Shown here: piece by piece, positions 14,845 through 31,025 of the stretch
Numbering within the stretch: the stretch's first letter is position 1
Layout: every line of letters starts with the position of its first letter
Program-made: the position numbers and the translations under genes
Assembly: GCF_009914755.1 (NCBI RefSeq)
Contig: NC_060941.1
Length of the DNA: 64,000 nt
Source of the DNA: the human T2T-CHM13v2.0 reference genome, Homo sapiens
Reading direction: 5' to 3' (one strand)
The notes under the pieces: model-generated
What the model was told of the DNA's origin: nothing
Database searches by the model: none
Seen by the model: the letters and a program-made list of their open reading frames with translations, nothing else

Positions 14845-15168
14845 CCAATCATAAAGTGTTGAATTGAGTGTGATCTCTAATGGCATCAGCACAGTTTTCA
14901 TTGTGCTGATTGTTAATAGGAGTAGGTTTATAGTATTCCAATAATAATAAAGGGCAGAGATGTGGCCACTGAGAGGAAGTGGGTTTTGTACACTGCAGCT
15001 GTTGCACTTAGTAAAAGGCAGAGAGCATGGTTTGTTGCCAAACTATATACATATTGAAAACTTTTGGCTTCGACCATACTTTAAAGAAAAAAAAGTCTCT
15101 TTATTGGTTAGTTAAGGCTTTCTTCATTAACTTCTGGTTGACCATTGTAAGGAATTACATAAACATGC

Positions 15169-15171
<3 letters not shown>

Positions 15172-15212
<41 letters not shown>

Positions 15213-15487
15213 AGACAGAGACTTGCTCTGTTGCCCAGGCTGGAGTGCAGTATCTTGGCTCATTGCAACCTCCACATCCCAGGTTCAAGTGATTCTTGTG
15301 CCTCAGCCTCCTGAGTAATTGGGATTACAAGCACGTGCTACCACACCTGGCTAATTTTTTGTATTTTAGTAGAAATGGGGTTTCACCGTGTTGCCCAGGC
15401 TGGTCCTGAACTCTTGAGCTCAGGCAATCTGCCTGCCTCGGCCTCCCAAAGTGCTAGGATTACAGGCATGAGCCACTGTGCCCCGCC
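15172..15487 (-). mobile_element. AluS with a pure 40-nt A tail
   Basis: T40 at 15172-15211; TSD aacatgctac. Confidence 0.9.
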
Positions 15488-15697
15488 AACATGCTACATT
15501 TTTTAATAAGAGAATGAAATCACAGTTTGGGGAAACAGTTTTGAAGGAAGAAAATATCTGATTTAAAATTTTGGCAATAAAATAAAATAGGAATTGATAG
15601 CTGAGCTAAGTCAACTTTGTGCTCATAAACAAAGGATAACTAAAAAGTATTAATGATGAACAAGGCTTCGGAAAAATGTAATACTTAAAATTTGAAG

Positions 15698-15790
15698 AGC
15701 TGGGCATGGAGGCTAATGCCTGTATTCCCAGCTACTTGAGAGGCTGAGGTGGGAAGATTGCTTGAGGCCAAGAGTTACTAGCCTAGGTGA
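15698..15790 (+). mobile_element. Alu monomer/FLAM fragment
   Basis: gctgggcatgg...gcctgtattcccagctacttgagaggctgagg. Confidence 0.7.
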
Positions 15791-18562
15791 TATAGTGATA
15801 TAGCAAAACTGGATAATTGTTTCCAGTTTCCAGATAATCTTTTGCATATAGGCCCAATGACACATTAGATGCTCATCGATAGTTCTTAATTGTTTTGGGG
15901 TAACTGGATTTCCATCCAAGTATCAGTTTTGTGTCAATGTATTAAATTGAAAATATTTTTGTATCTTTACAAAATACTGGTGTTTGGATTATTTTCCCTT
16001 CCAGTTTTTCTTGATGTATAATATATTACTGCAATGATTAGAATGGGAAACATCTATGATATTCTAGGAAGAACCAAATATGCCTATGAGATAACTGGGA
16101 AACAACTATGACTAATTCCTTAAAAGTAAGATCTGATCAAATGCCACAACAATGTCAACTTCCATGTATGAAGCTTGAATTCCTGAGCTCCAAAGTGAGG
16201 CTGTTTCAACGTTCTGACGAACAGCTCCTTGACTGGCACTGTGTGGGGGTGGAGTGGAAACGGCCCTACTTTGGAGGAAGAGGCAAGCATTTCCCACCAA
16301 GTACTGGGAAATCAGGCAATTCAAACTCTATAGGCTTTGGGTTCTTCACCTGTACACTGAGGATGCAACATTAGATGATTCATAAGAGCATATACCAGCA
16401 TTCTATCATAACAGCTACTGATAATGAGTAAACATTTTAAAATGTTATTGCAAAGTTTTTTTCTGTTCCAAAGTAGACATGGAACTGATAAACACTATAT
16501 TTGATTTTCATCTGATGACTGGTATTACCCCAAGAGAAGGGAGAGAACACATCGTTTTACTGGTATGTGCCATGCCTTGTCCTAGACACTTGACATACAT
16601 TAAGAATAGGTTTTTTTTTTAAAGTACTTATTCTTGACATTTGTTTGTACTGTGCTGCTGTATGTTTCTTACTAATAATTCACCATAAAAAGCAGAAAAT
16701 ATATTTGACACAAGCTTCTTTAAGTCATATATAATATTTTCTTGCTGGCAAATGCTTGGTTTTGGGAAACAGTCATTTTTCAGCCCTATGAAGTCTGCTT
16801 CTACAGAGAAACGTAATCCATGTTTCCAGTTTTTGCTAGTAGCCTGGCTCTTGTTGTAGGCATTAACCAGTGCTCTTCAATGCAGCCCTGCATCCCAAAA
16901 TACATCAGTTTCCAGTGCTCACTATAACAGAGATACTGGGCGAAGATGCTTCCTCAAAGGGGATTTTAGAATGTTGCAGGGAAGGGAATAATCTGGAAAA
17001 GGCTCCCATTTACTTAGGGTAAACATCAAACATACTTCTTTTTCATTTTCCTGTCTTAGACTGTAATTGATAGAAGGGGGAATGACAGGATAAGACAATG
17101 TATATTTATTAAGGACATACTTTTTCAACAGTACAAGTTTACATAATGCAAGTTGAACATAACACAATTAACTATGAAGACTGTTACTGGTCATAACTCA
17201 ATTACAAGAAGAAAAAATATATTGCTAAGGGAATACAACTGTGTTATTTGGGTGCATGGTTTATCATAACAGTGGGTATCAGAAATGATCACAGTAATGA
17301 GTAGCTCATGTTGGAATAATGTGACACAGAAATAAATGTCACTGTTATAGAGAAAAACCTAGATAAAGTAGAATGCTGGATATACTCCTGTGATGTTGAA
17401 GTTTTATATGGTCTTCATAATTAATTAATCATGTTACATTCAACTTGTACATATAACTGTAACTATCTATCACTGATAAAGTATCATACCTACCAGAAAC
17501 ATAATCTTGTGCTTGTATTACCTCATCTATTTCTTCCTAAATGTTTTATAACACAGTATTTGAAAATTGAGGTTTCTTAATTGAGTTATATAATAACAAT
17601 CAAGTCAGAACACATTTTAAATAAATGTCAACAGGAATATGATTAATTTTTCAATCAACATCTATTACTGTTGAATCTATTATTTTAAAAATAAATTTAT
17701 ATCTTCTTAGTAATTTGTAATTCTTTTGGTGAACTGTGTATTTCTATCTTTTATCCATTTTCTTTGGGTTTCTATTTTATTAATTTGTATGAATTCTTCA
17801 TAAGTTAAGTGAACCATCCTTTTGTCACTGGTGTTTTGTTTTCAGTATGTTGATGATCTCTTGATACTGTTTATGGTATACTACCATACAGAGGTTGTTT
17901 TTAAAAAAGTTTTATGTAGTCAAATGTACTCATTTTTCTTTTATGCCTGTGTACATTTTTATACAAAACTATACAGAATCATACAATGCCTTGCAATGTG
18001 TTTTACTTGATATATCAGAAATATTTTCCCATGTGATCAAATATCCTCCTATGATGTGATTCTAAGCATCCTTGCAGTACTCAAATATGAAATTCAGTTA
18101 ACCAATCCCCTATTGTGAGATATTTCTGATGTTTTCTCTTTTTTTTGGAGTGATATATACAGTAACATTTTAGTAGTATCCTTGTACATAAATTCAAGCA
18201 CATGAATGATTCATGGCAAAGTTCTCAAAACAGAATTGCTGTTGTAATCCCTTTGTATTTTCGGCTGCCACACATTAAAGCCCTCATTTCCAAAATCTAC
18301 CATATAAATAGTTTAAAAGAATTAAATAAATTGATGGGATAATGTAGCTCCGATTAAACTGCTTTAATTAGGGTTATTCAACTTTTAAAAATTCATTAGC
18401 TATTTAGATTTTTTCTTTTGTGAATTGTTTCTCTATTTTTTTTTTTTTTGTCCATAACATGTTCATTACTTTACATAATGATCTGTAAGGGCTTTTTGTA
18501 TATGAAAATAAACTTTTTATTACATTTACAAAGATTTCTTAGCATTTTGCCTTTTATCATTT

Positions 18563-18873
18563 CCTGGCCATGGTTACTGGTTCAGGTCAATGAAACAGGA
18601 GGAATTTTGCTAGGTGTTTCAGAGAAAAACGTTCTCTCCTGTCTGAGAGAATGTCCAAGGGACTTCTAGAGGCGACTCTCCCTGAACCTAGAACCTGTGG
18701 CGGCTGAAATTGTTAGCCGCCACCTCACAACCACAAGGGGGAGCCAGACTTAGAAGGAAGACGACCCAAGAGACGGCTGAATAGAGGTTTCATGTTCTGT
18801 GAAATAAATCTGTTACTCTCTATGCCAGTTTGAATTGCATTTTCTGTATTTGCAACTAAACATATTGTGATAC
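18563..18873 (+). mobile_element. Old MaLR LTR fragment (MLT1J/K-like)
   Basis: aataaa...gccagtttgaattg..ttttctgtatttgcaactaaa 3' end. Confidence 0.55.
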
Positions 18874-18888
18874 AATGATGTTTTATGA

Positions 18889-19192
<304 letters not shown>

Positions 19193-20537
19193 AGAAGTTT
19201 TAAATTTTTACGCAGGAATATCTAGCAAACTTTGCCTTTGTGAATTCTTTTACTGCTGCTATAGTTAGAAAGGCCTTCCCTACTTTAAAATCAATTACAT
19301 GCCCATACAATTAATTTATGTTTTTGTTAAAACATTAGGGGAATTGAATCATAATGAGCAGAGAGCCTTTATTTTATAATCACTCCATGAATGGCAGCAG
19401 ATTCTGCCTATTCCAGTAGATTATCCATAATTAAAAATGTGTGAAATGCCCACTAAAGCTCTGGATTCTTTGAAATACAAACAAGTTTTTGGCTACAGAT
19501 GATGAAGATGGCAGGAGAAATGTTCCATGTGAGTGGTGTGAATCTAGGTCAGCACCTGGTCAGGCAATAAGAAGGGTTAATATTTGAAATCTTTATATAT
19601 CTCCTCTGAAACAGAGGTGTAAAAAGTCACTGGGAAGTCATCAGGGGATATATAGATAGATAAATATATATATATATATATATGCACACAGACATATAAA
19701 TACATTACTTGATTGCAAAAGGCATAAAGTATGATGAAAAGGGTATACGGTATAGTTTTTAATATATGTCATAATAAATGAGTGGTTTCATTCGAAGTCA
19801 GAAATGCATGTCTTGATTTCAGAAAACAAATCAAGACTGCTTTTCAAACGAACACAAGCATTAGGCTGCCTAAACAGTTATTTCTGTATGTGAACCATGG
19901 AAATATTTTAGGATCATCAAAATCTGCCCTTCTTTTTTGTCTTTTTTAATTCATCTCAACTGGCTTATGATCAATATTTCATGGAACTCCTCTATAGCCG
20001 CCCTCCAGGTGTCCTTCCAGAAAACCAAAACCTAAACTCCAGCATAGACATAAACCCTGCTGCACTGAACCTTGAAGAAATGGATGTGTAATAGCATCAA
20101 AAAGTGACAGAAGATGGACACTATGGTGAAACTGCTTAAAAGGTCTTTCAAATGCTCAAGCTCTTTCTCACAGCCTCCTTATTTATGTATTTCCTGGCTT
20201 GAATTCTCCCTCTTTGAACTTTTCCTAGGGTTAAATCCTTCATATCTATAGGTCCCAGCTTAATAGCACCTCCTCAGAGAGGTCTTCCCTGACCATCCTC
20301 TCAAAAATATATTTCTTTTTTTTTTTTCTTTTATTATACTTTACGTTTTAGGGTACATGTGCACATTGTGCAGGTTAGTTACATATGCATACATGTGCCA
20401 TGCTGGTGCGCTGCACCCACTAACTCGTCATCTAGCATTAGGTATATCTCCCGATGCTATCCCTCCCCCCTCCCCCCACTCCACCACAGTCCCCAGAGTG
20501 TGATATTCCCCTTCCTGTGTCCATGTGATCTCATTGT

Positions 20538-24354
<3,817 letters not shown>

Positions 24355-24417
24355 TATGATGTTAGCTGATGATTTTGCTCGTTAGTTGATGCAGTTTCTT
24401 CCTAGTCTCGATGGTCT

Positions 24418-25431
24418 TTACATTTTGGCATGATTTTGCAGCGGCTGGTACCGGTTGTTCCTTTCCATGTTTAGTGCTTCCTTCAGGAGCTCTTTTAGGG
24501 CAGGCCTGGTGGTGACAAAATCTCTCAGCATTTGCTTGTCTGTAAAGGATTTTATTTCTCCTTCACTTATGAAGCTTAGTTTGGCTGGATATGAAATTGC
24601 GGGTTGAAAATTCTTTTTTTTAAGAATGTTGAATATTGGCCCCCACTCTCTTCTGGCTTGTAGGGTTTCTGCCGAGAGATCAGCTGTTAGTCTGATGGGC
24701 TTCCCTTTGAGGGTAACCCGACCTTTCTCTCTGGCTGCCCTTAACATTTTTTTCATTTCAACTTTGGTGAATCTGACAATTACGTGTCTTGGAGTTGCTC
24801 TTCTCGAGGAGTATCTTTGCGGCGTTCTCTGTATTTCCTGAATCTGAACGTTGGCCTGCCTTGCTAGATTGGGGAAGTTCTCCTGGATAATATCCTGCAG
24901 AGTGTTTTCCAACTTGGTTCCATTCTCCCCATCACTTTCAGGTACACCAATCAGACGTAGATTTGGTCTTTTCACATAGTCCCATATTTCTTGGAGGCTT
25001 TGCTCATTTCTTTTTATTCTTTTTTCTCTAAACTTCCCTTCTCGCTTCATTTCATTCATTTCATCTTCCATCGCTGATACCCTTTCTTCCAGTTGATCGC
25101 ATCGGCTCCTGAGGCTTCTGCATTCTTCCCGTAGTTCTCGAGCCGTGGTTTTCAGCTCCATCAGCTCCTTTAAGCACTTCTCTGTATTGGTTATTCTAGT
25201 TATACATTCTTCTAAATTTTTTTCAAAGTTTTCAACTTCTTTGCCTTTGGTTTGAATGTCCTCCCGTAGCTTAGAGTAATTTGATCGTCTGAAGCCTTCT
25301 TCTCTCAGCTCGTCAAAGTCATTCTCCATCCAGCTTTGTTCCGTTGCTGGTGAGGAACTGTGTTCCTTTGGAGGAGGAGAGACGCTCTGTGTTTTAGAGT
25401 TTCCAGTTTTTCTGTTCTGTTTTTTCCCCAT
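24418..25431 (-). CDS. L1 ORF1p, open (337 aa; one in-frame codon deletion, VEMKKML vs VEMKEKML)
   Basis: ORF track starts MGKKQNRK; REKG, ARR and YPAKLS motifs are retained. Confidence 0.9.
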   Translation of the reverse strand: MGKKQNRKTGNSKTQSVSPPPKEHSSSPATEQSWMENDFDELREEGFRRSNYSKLREDIQTKGKEVENFEKNLEECITRITNTEKCLKELMELKTTARELREECRSLRSRCDQLEERVSAMEDEMNEMKREGKFREKRIKRNEQSLQEIWDYVKRPNLRLIGVPESDGENGTKLENTLQDIIQENFPNLARQANVQIQEIQRTPQRYSSRRATPRHVIVRFTKVEMKKMLRAAREKGRVTLKGKPIRLTADLSAETLQARREWGPIFNILKKKNFQPAISYPAKLSFISEGEIKSFTDKQMLRDFVTTRPALKELLKEALNMERNNRYQPLQNHAKM

Positions 25432-26334
25432 CTTTGTGGTTTTATCTACTTTTGGTCTCTGATGATGGTGATGTACAGATGGGTTTTCGGTGTGGATGTC
25501 CTTTCTGTTTGTTAAGTTTTCCTTCTAACAGACAGGACCCTCAGCTGCAGGTCTGTTGGAATACCCTGCCGTGTGAGGTGTCAGTGTGCCCCTGCTGGGG
25601 GGTGCCTCCCAGTTAGGCTGCTCGGGGGTCAGGGGTCAGGGACCCACTTGAGGAGGCAGTCTGCCGGTTCTCAGATCTCCAGCTGCGTGCTGGGAGAACC
25701 ACTGCTCTCTTCAAAGCTGTCAGACAGGGACATTTAAGTCTGCAGAGGTTACTGCTGTCTTTTTGTTTGTCTGTGCCCTGCCCCCAGAGGTGGAGCCTAC
25801 AGTGGCAGGCAGGCCTCCTTGAACTGTGGTGGGCTCCACCCAGGAGCTTCCCGGCTGCTTTGTTTACCTAAGCAAGCCTGGGCAATGGCGGGCGCCCCTC
25901 CCCCAGCCTCGTTGCCGCCTTGCAGTTTGATCTCAGACTGCTGTGCTAGCAATCAGCGAGACTCCGTGGGCGTAGGACCCTCCGAGCCAGGTGTGGCATA
26001 TAGTCTCGTGGTGCGCCGTTTTTTAAGCCGGCCTGAAAAGCGCAATATTCGGGTGGGAGTGACCCGATTTCCAGGTGCGTCCGTCACCCCTTTCTTTGAC
26101 TCGGAAAGGGAACTCCCTGACCCCTTGCGCTTCCCAGGTGAGGCAATGCCTCGCCCTGCTTCGGCTCGCACACGGTGCGCGCACCCACTGGCCTGCGCCC
26201 ACTGTCTGGCACTCCCTAGTGAGATGAACCCGGTACCTCAGATGGAAATGCAGAAATCACCCGTGTTCTGCGTAGCTCACGCTGGGAGCTGTAGACCGGA
26301 GCTGTTCCTATTCGGCCATCTTGGCTCCTCCCCC
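25432..26334. promoter_or_regulatory. L1 5'UTR with sense promoter (minus strand) and antisense promoter (plus strand), CpG-rich
   Basis: YY1 site CAAGATGGCCG intact near 26313-26323; RUNX-type TGTGGT at ~25825; many CpGs retained. Confidence 0.8.
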
Positions 26335-26460
26335 ATCTTTTTAAAAGCCAAAAATGTATTTCCCTTGTCCTCTGAATGCTTGCCTCGCTCAGCATTTTCT
26401 TTCCTTCATGACTGTTACACAATTTGTAATTATGTGTTCACTCATGTTTTGTGTGACTAG
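25885..26460 (+). CDS. L1 antisense ORF0, frameshifted and extended to 191 aa (translation unproven)
   Basis: The first 62 aa match ORF0 (MAGAPPPASLPPCSLISDCC...VGVTRF). One T is missing at 26068-26070, which bypasses the normal stop. Confidence 0.5.
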   Translation: MAGAPPPASLPPCSLISDCCASNQRDSVGVGPSEPGVAYSLVVRRFLSRPEKRNIRVGVTRFPGASVTPFFDSERELPDPLRFPGEAMPRPASARTRCAHPLACAHCLALPSEMNPVPQMEMQKSPVFCVAHAGSCRPELFLFGHLGSSPIFLKAKNVFPLSSECLPRSAFSFLHDCYTICNYVFTHVLCD

Positions 26461-28067
26461 AATGTGTAATCCATGAGGACAAGGACTATTTTCATTTTAT
26501 TTATTCCTGTATTTCCAAAGAGTACCTAGCAATAAACACATTTGCTGAAGGAATGATTACTGGCTTGAATAGACTAAATATCTTTATTTGAAGTTTAAAG
26601 ACTCGCTGATCTGTAAAAAGGCCCTGTGGAAGTGTTACATCCAAGGGCTCAGTAACCTTAGGGTATAAGAGCACTAAAAAGAAACAGCCCATCCTATTAC
26701 ACAACTGTGAGGATGAGCCAAGCAAACTATGAAACATTCAAGGAAGAAAATACATGGCAGCTGTCATGTATTTTCTCAAGTCTGAAGAGAATTTCAAATT
26801 CACTGTTGACGGTTGATGGTTCTACAGCAGACTAGCATGAATAAGCATCAACTTGAAAAACTGCTGCCAATTTGCCAATGAACAACTTGATGCATGAAAA
26901 TGTCTGATTTTCAATGAATTTTCCTTTTACATAAAAATTTCACTGAAAATACAAACTCTTCATCTTAAATCAGCTGGTTCTGTTAGAGTATGAAAATGTG
27001 GATGTTCTAAATTAAGTTCCGGCTTCCCTATTCATTCTAGTTACAGGATTTTTTCATGGAAAATTTCTCTTTATCATTTTTTTTTGGAAAAAAAAGTCAA
27101 TACCTCAATGTCACTGCATTTTATCAAGTGACCAGGGAAAAGGTGCACATCCTTATTCTCTCTCTTAAAGTCAACAAGACCTAGAAAGCAATAAACGCTG
27201 TGTGTCATTCATTTTTTCACTGGGCCTGTGAGAATGATATAATTCCTCTATTATTGGAATGAGAGGGAAGAAAAAAAATTAGACTGGGAAATTCTATCAA
27301 ACTCAAGTATTGTATACTGGTTCTCAAATTAACTCCAAGTAATGCGTAAGGAAACAACTCTTGGTTGGATTATTTAGATGAACTAGATACCCAAGCTCAT
27401 AGGCCAAAGATGACATGAGAAAATACTGTAATTAATATAGCTTTGGCTTCAAGAAAGCAGCTGGTGAGCAATCTCCAGGTTCACTTCTCATCTTGAGAGG
27501 CTATCTAGCAGATATTCTGTTCTTCCAAAGGGGCAGAAAACCCTTGCTTCTTTTTCATAACTCCATGGAATCCACTGTTTAACTATATAATGGCAGGTAG
27601 CCTAAAGGAGTCCTGGAGTTTCCATGTCTGTAGAGGTTTTTCCCCTAAATAAAAAATCCTAGAACAGGTTTTCTACGATTATTAGATTCAGGAATATATG
27701 TATTTAGCCAGACTAGGCCCACAATAGACAGAGCTCCTTGATTTAACCATCAAATAAGAACTATAGAAAACTGTCCTATTACTAAATAACTTTGCTTTTA
27801 ATTCTGGATTTTCTTCTTCACCCAAATAAGTACGTTGCTAACTTAGCTTTAAGTTATTGTCATCTACAGAGAACCCCATGCTCGGTTACATTATAGTTGA
27901 GCAAATATTCACTTCTGCCTTCTTGACCTCCATGGGTTATCCCATTGATATGACCTGCTTTGGCCAATGCGATATAAATTGGATAAACTGAGCCAAAATT
28001 GACCAAACCCTAGATGCATGAGCAACAAATAAATTCTGACTGTTATATCCACCAAGTTTTAGAGTGA

Positions 28068-28591
28068 TGTGGTAGGCTGAACAATGGTCCTTAAAAATTA
28101 GCCAAAATAGCCAACTGCAAATCTCTGTGAATGTTACCAGCTTTAAGTTATCATCATCTACAGATCTGTGGAAGGGGGAAAAAAAACACACAAAAAAACA
28201 AAAACAAACACACACACACAAAAACTTTGCATATATGATTAAGTTAAGGATTTTGAGATGGGCAGATTATCTGTTTGGACCTTAAATGCAATCATATATA
28301 TCCTTGTAAAACAGAGGCAGTGGAAAATATGACAACAGAAGAGAAGGCACTGTGACCATGGAGGCAGCCACAAGCCATGGGATGCTGGCAGCTACCAGAA
28401 GCTGGGAGAAGCAAGGAATAGATTTTCCCCTGTAACCTTTGGAAGAAATGTGGTCCTGTTGACATTCTGATTTTGGCCCAGTGAAACTGATTTCAAACCT
28501 TCCTCCAGAACTGTGAAAGAATAAATTTCTGTGTTTTAAGCTGCCAAGTTTGTGATAATTTTTTTTGCAGCAGCCTTAGGACACTAACGCA
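28068..28591 (+). mobile_element. MLT1D-like MaLR LTR, nested in an older MLT1 remnant
   Basis: tgtggtaggctgaacaatgg start; gattaagttaaggattttgagatgg; ctccagaactgtgaaagaataaatttctg. Confidence 0.8.
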
Positions 28592-28658
28592 GGTGGTCTG
28601 TCATGTAACTGTGACAATAGTTAACTATTCCAATGAATGGAAACCCAAACCATTCATT

Positions 28659-29023
28659 GGCTCATGCCTGTAATCCCAGTACTTTGGGAGGCTGAGACAG
28701 GAGGATCATTTGAGTCTAGGAGTTCGAGATCAGCCTGGGCAATAAAGTGAGACCCTGTCTGTACAAAAAATAAAAACAATAGCTGAGGTGGTGGTACACA
28801 CCTGTAGTCCCAGCTACTTGGGAGGCTGAGGCAGGAGGGATCACCTGAGCCCCAGAGGCTGAGGCTGCAGTGAGCCATAATCACACTACTGCACTTCAGC
28901 CTGGGTGATAAGAGTGAGACCCTGTTTCAAAGCGGGAGGGATTGCTTGAGCCCTGGAAGTTGAGGCTGCAGTGCCATAATTGTGCCACTGCACTCCAGGG
29001 TGATAAGAGTGAGATCCTGTTTC

Positions 29024-29060
<37 letters not shown>
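28659..29060 (+). mobile_element. AluJ with duplicated right-arm 3' end, followed by (CA)n
   Basis: Two copies of gaggctgcagt...ggtgataagagtgaga(c/t)cctgtttcaaa. Confidence 0.85.
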
Positions 29061-29061
<1 letters not shown>

Positions 29062-29197
29062 AAAAAACAAAGAACAAAAACTAAATACACAGGTACTTAC
29101 AAAGTGTTCAAATTCTGTCAAATGTATTAACTTATTTAATACAACTATACTATGAGGTGGGTACTATTTTATTTCCCCCTTACCCCCCGCCCGCACC

Positions 29198-29705
<508 letters not shown>

Positions 29706-30973
29706 TAACTCTAGGGCCTACTGATTACTCCATTTGCTTGGTATTACTAAAGTATCTCATTTAAATGCACATAAATAGCTCTTATATATTCAAAAATATC
29801 TTTGCTTTCATACATAACATAGCTAATAAGAAATCTTATAAATCCAGAAGCAAATTATTACCTAGTATTGAATCATGATAAGTACATTATTGACGAAATG
29901 TTACCTAAGACTACTGGGTACAGGGCATGATGCTGGGAGTCCTCTGTGGAACATAATCAAGTACAAGGATTCTGCTGCCCTCCATAATTTATAATCTAGC
30001 TGAAGAGATCAGACACATCTGCAAAATTAATAAATGATCTAAGATTTAAACACTGGTTAAAGACTACAAAAAATACAGAATCCACCGGGAATTTCTGAGC
30101 TAAAGACTCCTTATAAGTCATCTATTTGAGAGGTTCTCTGCCCCGCCTCTTCCATAGCATAGCTTGGGAGGAACATTCATATGCGCAACACCTTTCTGGG
30201 AGCTGTGCAATCCCTGAGATTTGCCTTCCTTGCCCACTCAAGAAAGCACGTATAAATTCCATAGGAATAACCTTGAATCAACTCCTACTTATAAAATGAT
30301 TCACAATCTTCAAAACCTTAGTAAAAAATTACCTGCAACACACTTCACACTTGATCATAATAGATATGCCCACACCATCCCTATTGTTTTACAGACAAAT
30401 GAAGTGAGAATGACCTAAAACCTTACACGAACGTAAATCCTACAATAAAACTAACAGCAGGCACATTGTTCCTGCTTCCCTTTGACTCACTGTCTCATAC
30501 AGCCACATACAACTGACAAATGGGTTCTGGCAAAGATGTAAAGATGACTTTATTTACAGCGGTCTGGTTGGGAGGACTTTAGTGAGGAGGCAGAATCGAA
30601 CTTGAAGAACACTGTAAGCAAGGCAAACAGTATGTGTAAAAGTATACATACAGGTGAAAAAGCAGAGATGTTTGAGGGTTCAGTAAAAACAAACAATGTC
30701 GTGCTATGGCATCACAGGAGACGTGGTTGGTTGGAGCCAGACTCTGGGAAAGTCTAGTCTTAATTTTGTGGGTGATTGAAGGGTTTTTGAACGGAGACAC
30801 AACACCATAAAACCTAAGATTGTGATGCTGTGCAGATCCAAGTCAAGGGAGGGAGCCTGGGAGATCACACAGAAGTGGTTTAGGGGCAGAGTACCACAAC
30901 CATCACCACGGTTCTGCTGATTTTCAAATGGTAATACTCATTTACAGTGCATATGGTCTCTTTGATTTTTGAA

Positions 30974-31008
<35 letters not shown>

Positions 31009-31025
31009 TATGTGTCTGTGTGTGC
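30974..31025. repeat. (TG)n microsatellite
   Basis: Directly visible. Confidence 0.9.
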
